DNA of 64,000 nucleotides, taken from a virus. The notes under the pieces were generated by a model that made no database searches, was not told the origin of the DNA, and saw nothing but the letters and a program-made list of their open reading frames with translations. A program made the translations under genes and the position numbers. The stretch lies in IMG/VR virus record IMGVR_UViG_3300037258_000352, positions 40,287-104,286 of that record; one strand, given 5' to 3'. Numbering within the stretch: the first letter of the stretch is position 1; every line of letters starts with the position of its first letter. Below, piece by piece: positions 58,204-64,000 of this stretch.

Positions 58204-59967
58204 GTGCCGAGGGCGATCCACACGCTGGTCGCGGAGGCTGAGCAGGAGTTCGGTCCGGTTGGTGCTGCCCGGTTAGCGGAGAAGATTCGGTGCAAAGCCC
58301 GGCGGATGCGGATCCTGCGGGAGTGCCCGACGCCGGGGGCTCTTGCTCAGCGGTTGGTGCCGGACACGGTGCAGACCCCGATGCTGGATCGGGTCGACGC
58401 CGCGATCGTCGCTGCTGATGCTGGGACGCAACGTCGGTGGATCATCAACACGCCACCGCAGGAGGGGAAGTCCACCCGGATCTGTCGGGACGCTGCCCTG
58501 TGGTTGCTGCTGCGGAACCCGGACCGGCGGATCATCATCGCGTCGTATCAGCAGAACCTGGCGGAGGTATCGACCCTCGGGGTTCGTCGGCTAGTCGAAA
58601 CCTACGGGTCGCGGCCGGGGGATCCGGAGGAGAACAACCTCCTCGGTCTCGCTGTGGAGCGGACCCCGTCCGCGGCGGGGAACTGGCGCGTCGCCGGCCG
58701 TGAGGGCGGGATGATCGCTGTCGGGATCGGGTCGGGTACCACGGGACGGCCGGGTGACGTGATCGTCGTCGACGACCCCCTCGCGGACGCGGAAGCCGCG
58801 GACTCCCCGGTGCAGCGGCAGAAGGTCATCGACTGGTGGACAACGGTCGTCCAGTCCCGGCTGGTGGCCACGTCGATCGTGATCGTGGTCCAAACTCGTT
58901 GGAACGAGGCGGACCTGTCCGGGTGGTTGATCGACAACGATGGGACCGGTACTGGTCGCGACGCCCCACGGTATGAGGTCCTGTCCGTCCCCGCGCAAGC
59001 CGAGGCCAACGACCCGTTGGGGCGTGAGGTCGGGGAATGGCTCCGTTCCGCTCGGCAACGCACCGTCGAAGAATGGGAAGACACCCGCAAGGAAGTCATC
59101 AAGGGCGGTGTCCGGTGGTGGTTCGCGCTGTATCAGCAGCGACCGGCGCCACCTACTGGTGACACGTTCAAACTGGAATGGTTCGACCGGGACCGGGTGT
59201 GGGAACGCCCCCCCGGCCCACCACCGGTGGTGGTCATCGACCCCGCTGATAACACCGGGTCGGGGGATGAGGCGGGGATCATCGTCGCGTCCACCGACGT
59301 CCGTAACCAAATCTATTTAGGCCCGGACTACTCGGGGCATTACACCGTCGGCCGGTGGGTGCGTGTCGCTCTGCTCGCGGTGGCGCGACATAAAGCGGGG
59401 TCCCTGGTGTATGAGCAGTCCCTCGCTGGGCTCGCGCGGGACGTCGCGTACGGGTGGGACCAGCTCCACAAACAGGCCCGGATCCTGCGGCGGCTGAAAG
59501 CCACCGTGGTCCTCGACCCCGTCATCGTGGAGACCGCGGTCGGGGAGTTGTGCACCCTGGAGGACACCGATGACACCCGCGCGCAGTACCGCGCGGAGTT
59601 CATTGAGGTGTGGCCCCTGGTCGACGCGATCCTCGCTTACCCATCCACGGGCCCGTCGATCCGTCGGATCATCCCGAAGGGAACGAAAGCGTGGCGCGCG
59701 CAAGCCGCGTCACCCCGGTATGAGCATCGGGGTGTGTCGCACATCGGGGCGTTGGCTGAGTTGGAGCATCAGATGGTGACGTGGATGCCCGGCCAGAAGT
59801 CCCCGGACCGGATGGACACCGCGGTCCACGCTGTGCTGCTGCTGTCGGGTGCGTCGGTCGCGGTCCTGTCGTCGCCGAGTAAAACCCCGGAGCTCCCCAC
59901 CCGATCCACCCGTAACCCCAACCGGCGCGGTGGTGCGCTACCCCGTTCCACGATGACTCGCCGGTGA
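58204..59967 (+). CDS. terL: Terminase large subunit
   Basis: TPPQEGKST, IVVDDP, QTRW..DL.G, LYQQ.P, VIDP, DE.GI, SPDRMD. Confidence 0.95.
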   Translation: MPRAIHTLVAEAEQEFGPVGAARLAEKIRCKARRMRILRECPTPGALAQRLVPDTVQTPMLDRVDAAIVAADAGTQRRWIINTPPQEGKSTRICRDAALWLLLRNPDRRIIIASYQQNLAEVSTLGVRRLVETYGSRPGDPEENNLLGLAVERTPSAAGNWRVAGREGGMIAVGIGSGTTGRPGDVIVVDDPLADAEAADSPVQRQKVIDWWTTVVQSRLVATSIVIVVQTRWNEADLSGWLIDNDGTGTGRDAPRYEVLSVPAQAEANDPLGREVGEWLRSARQRTVEEWEDTRKEVIKGGVRWWFALYQQRPAPPTGDTFKLEWFDRDRVWERPPGPPPVVVIDPADNTGSGDEAGIIVASTDVRNQIYLGPDYSGHYTVGRWVRVALLAVARHKAGSLVYEQSLAGLARDVAYGWDQLHKQARILRRLKATVVLDPVIVETAVGELCTLEDTDDTRAQYRAEFIEVWPLVDAILAYPSTGPSIRRIIPKGTKAWRAQAASPRYEHRGVSHIGALAELEHQMVTWMPGQKSPDRMDTAVHAVLLLSGASVAVLSSPSKTPELPTRSTRNPNRRGGALPRSTMTRR

Positions 59968-60511
59968 AACCCCAACAGTTCGGCCAGCGGGCCGGTTCGG
60001 TGAAGAAAGGGCGGTGAACCCCAGTGACCATGCCGAGGTCCACCAACGCTGGCCGTGGTGAACTCGCCGGTCCAGCTCCGACGCGCCGGCAGGTCCGGTC
60101 GATCACCGTGATCGTTGACGCGGTCGGTCCGGGGGTGCTGCGGGTGTCTTCACCCTCGACACCGGGGTGGGCTGGTGAGGCCCGGACCCCGGCGCAGCTC
60201 GCGGCGCTGGTCGCGTCCGCGTTCGTCGAGTCCCAAGTCGCTGCGTATTCGATGTGGCGGGGTGTGCCCTACGAGCACGCCGACGGCACCACCTACCGCC
60301 GGCCGCGCCCGTCGCGACCTGGGCATCGGATGGATGTCCACGCCCCGCAGGAGTGGCGGATCTTGCCCGATGGGCGGTGGGTGGATCCGGGGTCCGGTCG
60401 GCGGTGGCGCCCTGATTCGCAGGTGGTCCAGAACGTTCAGCGGCGCCTAATCGCGTTAGGGCTCGACCCGACACCGGACACGGTAGATTCAGCCACCGAG
60501 GAGGACACCCA

Positions 60512-60850
60512 GTGACGACAGCGACACGGCAGGTAACGGTCCGGGGCCGGTGGTTCCCCGCTGATGTGGTCCTGCCTGGCCACCCGCATCCGTGGGGGCG
60601 TTGCTATGTGATCGCGACGGACACTGACCTGCACGTGTTCCGGAAGGTCGGGGAAGTCGCGGAGTGGGTGGCCCCGATCCGGTGGGACCAGACAGTGATC
60701 CCCATCGTGGAACGGAACGCCCGGAACGGGTTCAGTGTCTACACCGACGTGGGGCTCGCGGTGGTCACTCTCGGGTCGGGGTGCCGCTGCGGGTCGCTGG
60801 GTCGGTGGCGGGGCCCGTCGTGGGCGATGGTGGAACGGGCCCGCGGGTGA
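60512..60850 (+). CDS. Hypothetical protein
   Basis: GGAGG SD; GC.CG motif. Confidence 0.65.
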   Translation: MTTATRQVTVRGRWFPADVVLPGHPHPWGRCYVIATDTDLHVFRKVGEVAEWVAPIRWDQTVIPIVERNARNGFSVYTDVGLAVVTLGSGCRCGSLGRWRGPSWAMVERARG

Positions 60851-61163
60851 CCGCTCGCACCGGTCGGACCCTCGGTCGGACCATCTACCGTCAGATCGGT
60901 CCTGACCGCAGCAAAGACGACACCTACCTTGGCGTCGCTGATACCCAGGAGATCGCGACTATCGCCGTCAACGCCCTGAACGGTGTCGGTATCTCCGCTG
61001 ACGTCGGTGGCCTCGGTCCGGGACCGTGGTACGCGGCCGGGCGGCTGGTGTACGCCCCACCCGCGATCGACGTCCTCACCGACTGGATCATCGCGATGGA
61101 CACCTCCGACCTCGCGGTCGAAGTCGTCGCCGCAGTCAACGTTGTGATCGCCCGGAGCGGCGG

Positions 61164-61448
61164 GTGACCCGCGCGCTGGTCGTTGACGCGCTCGCTGCGT
61201 ACCGCATCACCCACCTGATCACCGAGGACACGATCCCGTTCGGTCGCGCCCGGACTTTCATCACCGACCGGTGGCCCGGGTCGCTGGCTGCGGAGTGGGT
61301 GGAATGCCCATGGTGCGCGGGGATGGCCGTCGCCGTCGGCGTCACCCTGGCGCGGGCCCTGATACCCAGGTGGTGGACACACCCGGCGACCGCGTTCGCC
61401 TGCAGCGCCATCACCGGTTTACTCGCCACCTGGGAACACCGGGACTGA
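61164..61448 (+). CDS. DUF1360-like membrane protein
   Basis: LAAYRIT.LI..D.I...R...CPWC. Confidence 0.8.
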   Translation: MTRALVVDALAAYRITHLITEDTIPFGRARTFITDRWPGSLAAEWVECPWCAGMAVAVGVTLARALIPRWWTHPATAFACSAITGLLATWEHRD

Positions 61449-61471
61449 CCCACGAAGGGGATACCCGACTG

Positions 61472-61978
61472 ATGAGTGACACCAGCAGCGAGCGGGCACT
61501 GTCCCTCGTCCAAACCACCGCCCTGTACGCCACACGGTTCACGGGCGGAACGGTGCACGACGAGCAGTTCCTCGCGACTGCGACCGCGCAGTACAGGTGG
61601 TTAACCGGCCCGGCCGCGTTGATCATCACTCTCGGACCCGCTGTCGACCAGGTAACGGGCCGAACCACCGGAAATGAAGGAGATACGTTGAAGGACTCCG
61701 AGAAGGCGCTACTGAACGCCAACGCGGTCGACGCGAAGGGCAACCCCACTAGCGCACCGACCAGCCTGACCTACACCTCAGCCGACACCACGATCGCGAC
61801 GATCGTGACCGATGATGCTGGTACCTGGGTCGTGGCCGGCAGCCCCGGTTCGACCGTGGTCACCGGTGACTGGCCCGACAGCCCGTCCGGTGACATTCAG
61901 GGCACCGTCGCTGTCGATGTCACCGCCGGCGACGCGGTGTCGCTGAACATCAGCCTGGGCGCGCCAGTAGCCCAGTAG
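61472..61978 (+). CDS. Ig-like domain virion protein
   Basis: DAKGN, TYTSADTTIATI, PGSTVVT, V.AGDA. Confidence 0.7.
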   Translation: MSDTSSERALSLVQTTALYATRFTGGTVHDEQFLATATAQYRWLTGPAALIITLGPAVDQVTGRTTGNEGDTLKDSEKALLNANAVDAKGNPTSAPTSLTYTSADTTIATIVTDDAGTWVVAGSPGSTVVTGDWPDSPSGDIQGTVAVDVTAGDAVSLNISLGAPVAQ

Positions 61979-62013
61979 GGTCGGGTACCTGCCCCGGGCT
62001 AGACCCCGGGGTC

Positions 62014-62062
62014 GAAGAGGGCCGTGGACCCATCCTGCACCGGGGGGTTCGCGGCCCTCTTC
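62014..62062 (+). terminator. Hairpin terminator
   Basis: GAAGAGGGCCG...CGGCCCTCTTC. Confidence 0.7.
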
Positions 62063-62159
62063 CTATGTGTGGGGGAATCGCGTGATCGCGTGGCTACTTG
62101 GGGTCACCCCGGTCGGGCGGTGATGATGACCCGATCAAGGTCGTGTGGAGGGCTCCCGA

Positions 62160-62558
62160 GTGCCGGAACCGTTGAGGATTAAGCAGGGCACCACGAGGGC
62201 TGTGCTCGTCACGGGGCTCCGCGACTCCCACGGCGCGCTGCTCGACCCGTCGGGGTGGGCGATCCACGGGGTAGCCAGGCCCGGGATTTGGGCGGATGTG
62301 GTCGCGGTGTGGCGCGACACCCCGGACACCGACCTGGGGGAGCTCCTCGCGGAAGTCGTCGACGCTGACCCGACCATTGATCCGACCGTGCAGGACGGGG
62401 AGAAGTGGATCGAACTCCACATTGATCCCGATGTGTCCCTGGCGTGGGTGACGTGGCGTGACGCGGACCTCGACGTCACCGTCACCGAATCCGGCACCGG
62501 TCGGACCGAAACGTTCCACACCGATCTCCATCTGATCCCCACCACAGTCCGAAGCTAG
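62160..62558 (+). CDS. Putative virion adaptor protein (BppU-N-like)
   Basis: L.IKQG.T...D.SGW...R pattern; structural context. Confidence 0.5.
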   Translation: MPEPLRIKQGTTRAVLVTGLRDSHGALLDPSGWAIHGVARPGIWADVVAVWRDTPDTDLGELLAEVVDADPTIDPTVQDGEKWIELHIDPDVSLAWVTWRDADLDVTVTESGTGRTETFHTDLHLIPTTVRS

Positions 62559-62569
62559 GGAGTACCAGC

Positions 62570-62938
62570 ATGGCCGACGGTCTTTCCGCCACTGCAGCGA
62601 ATGCGCTGATCACGTCCCTGATCGGGTCCTACACGTGGGTTCAGCTCCACACCGGCGCACCCGGCGCGGCCGGAACATCGAACGTCGCGGGGAACACCAC
62701 CCGCAAGCAGGTCACGTCGTGGGGCAGCGTGTCCGGTGGCGCGGTCGTCACCGCAGTCGACCTCGCGTGGACCGCGGTGTCGACGTCGGAGACCTACTCC
62801 CACTTCTCCGTGTTCACCGCATCAAGCGCGGGGACTTTCGGGTTCTCTGGGTCGCTGACCGCGAACCCCGTCACCGCCGGCGACAACTTCACCATCCTCA
62901 GCGGCAACTTGGGGACATCTTTAACAGTTGCGAGTTGA
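62570..62938 (+). CDS. Minor tail / virion protein
   Basis: VQLHTG.PG..GT.N...R..V..W; FTASSAGTF; V.AGD.F. Confidence 0.8.
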   Translation: MADGLSATAANALITSLIGSYTWVQLHTGAPGAAGTSNVAGNTTRKQVTSWGSVSGGAVVTAVDLAWTAVSTSETYSHFSVFTASSAGTFGFSGSLTANPVTAGDNFTILSGNLGTSLTVAS

Positions 62939-63058
62939 CCGAACGGGAGTGGTCATGGTCTGTAACTCGTGCGGGTCCCACGACGTTAAGGCGACGCAGA
63001 TCGCGGATCCTCCCTCCCTGACTGACCGTCGCGTCATAGATCAGATTAGGAGTAACGA

Positions 63059-63439
63059 ATGTCAGATCGTAGAGATCTCCTGATCGAACTAAATCGGTCT
63101 TTCCAACCGGACATAGATGGGTATTCGCAATACACCGACTGGGTCGGCACGGACGACGTCCTAGCCATCCGTGTTCGATGCGAGTACGACGCCTCTACCC
63201 TGCCGGGGACTTACGCGACCCTCATCCAAGAGGCGATGGACTTTGACCCGGATCACCCGAATGAGGCTTATTACTCTGACCTAACCGCGTCCACGCCCGT
63301 CGGATCGGACCTGTCGGCGCCGGCAACGGAGGTTCCTTTGACCTTGAGGTGGTTCCGGTTCGCGTTCGTCTACGACGCCGGACCGTCTCATGCTCCGCCT
63401 CCGGTCACTTTTAAGGTGACTGCGAGGAAGATCTCTTAA
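63059..63439 (+). CDS. Hypothetical, probable virion protein
   Basis: AGGAG SD; beta-rich, RWFRF. Confidence 0.6.
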   Translation: MSDRRDLLIELNRSFQPDIDGYSQYTDWVGTDDVLAIRVRCEYDASTLPGTYATLIQEAMDFDPDHPNEAYYSDLTASTPVGSDLSAPATEVPLTLRWFRFAFVYDAGPSHAPPPVTFKVTARKIS

Positions 63440-63461
63440 CGCCTAAAGCGAAGGGTGGAGC

Positions 63462-64000
63462 GTGGCCACTCGGCTATATGTCACCAACTCCACCACGCCG
63501 TTTACTCCGACAACCATCCGCGGCGGGTGGGAGTCGACCACGTCTGCGGTCATCAAATACCTGGGACCGGCCCCGGGTGGCACAGCAACGACCCGGGGCC
63601 AAGCGGAAACATCCACCAGCAACGTCTTCGACGTCCTCTTAGGCCGCTGGGTATCTGACGGAGCGGTCGCCGCCGGGAACCTGTCCGGCGTCATGAGCTG
63701 GGTCCTCGGGATGGCCGCGACCTCGTCGGTCTCGACCGACAACATGGGCCTCTACATCCACGCGTTCGTCACCGCTGGTAGCACCGACACCCTTCGGGGC
63801 ACCCTGCTCGCGAACTTCGTTGACACGGCCCTCATCCCCACTACGGGCACTGCGATGAGCAGCCTCGACCAAGCGATCACCACGGTCGCTATGTCGGTCG
63901 GGGACCGGGTCTGCGTCGAGATCGGATACCGGGCCCGGAACACCACCTCGTCGTCCCGCACCGGGACCATGAACTATGGCGGTGCGTTCGTCACCGACCT
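63462..64000 (+). CDS. Putative minor tail protein, runs off window
   Basis: Open frame from GTG 63462 (MATRLYVTN...GDRVCVEIGY...), S/T/G-rich. Confidence 0.7.
   Translation, partial: MATRLYVTNSTTPFTPTTIRGGWESTTSAVIKYLGPAPGGTATTRGQAETSTSNVFDVLLGRWVSDGAVAAGNLSGVMSWVLGMAATSSVSTDNMGLYIHAFVTAGSTDTLRGTLLANFVDTALIPTTGTAMSSLDQAITTVAMSVGDRVCVEIGYRARNTTSSSRTGTMNYGGAFVTD

Overview
High-GC, gene-dense segment of a tailed actinophage or prophage. The host is probably a filamentous actinomycete such as Pseudonocardiaceae, inferred from SsgA-, BldN- and RsdA-like genes. Four transcription blocks: leftward 1-11 kb (small accessory genes plus an AICE/plasmid-type transfer module with a split TraB and a clt-like repeat array); rightward 11-21.6 kb (XRE-DUF5753/DUF397 pair, SsgA-like, MetE-like, secreted nuclease); leftward 21.7-49 kb (RusA, DUF5131 with an internal HNH domain, two DNA methyltransferases, RecE-like/annealing pair, intein-containing DnaB, DnaC, initiator with iterons, BldN-like ECF sigma); rightward 49-64 kb (VirD4-like coupling protein, kinase, exonuclease, ParB-Mom, terminase, first virion genes). 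No integrase, portal, capsid, tRNA or CRISPR was recognised. The most striking signal is a dispersed regulatory system in the non-structural region. It comprises 12 GTAAC-N17(16)-CGAT promoters of SigD/ShbA type, about 9 housekeeping-type promoters, a hairpin with an NCGG(A) loop, and 24 exact copies of an extended Shine-Dalgarno GACACGGAGG. The same genome encodes a free-standing soluble RsdA-like anti-SigD domain, transcribed from one of those promoters, and its own BldN-like sigma factor. All family assignments are by eye from motifs; no database search was run, and motif counts are manual.
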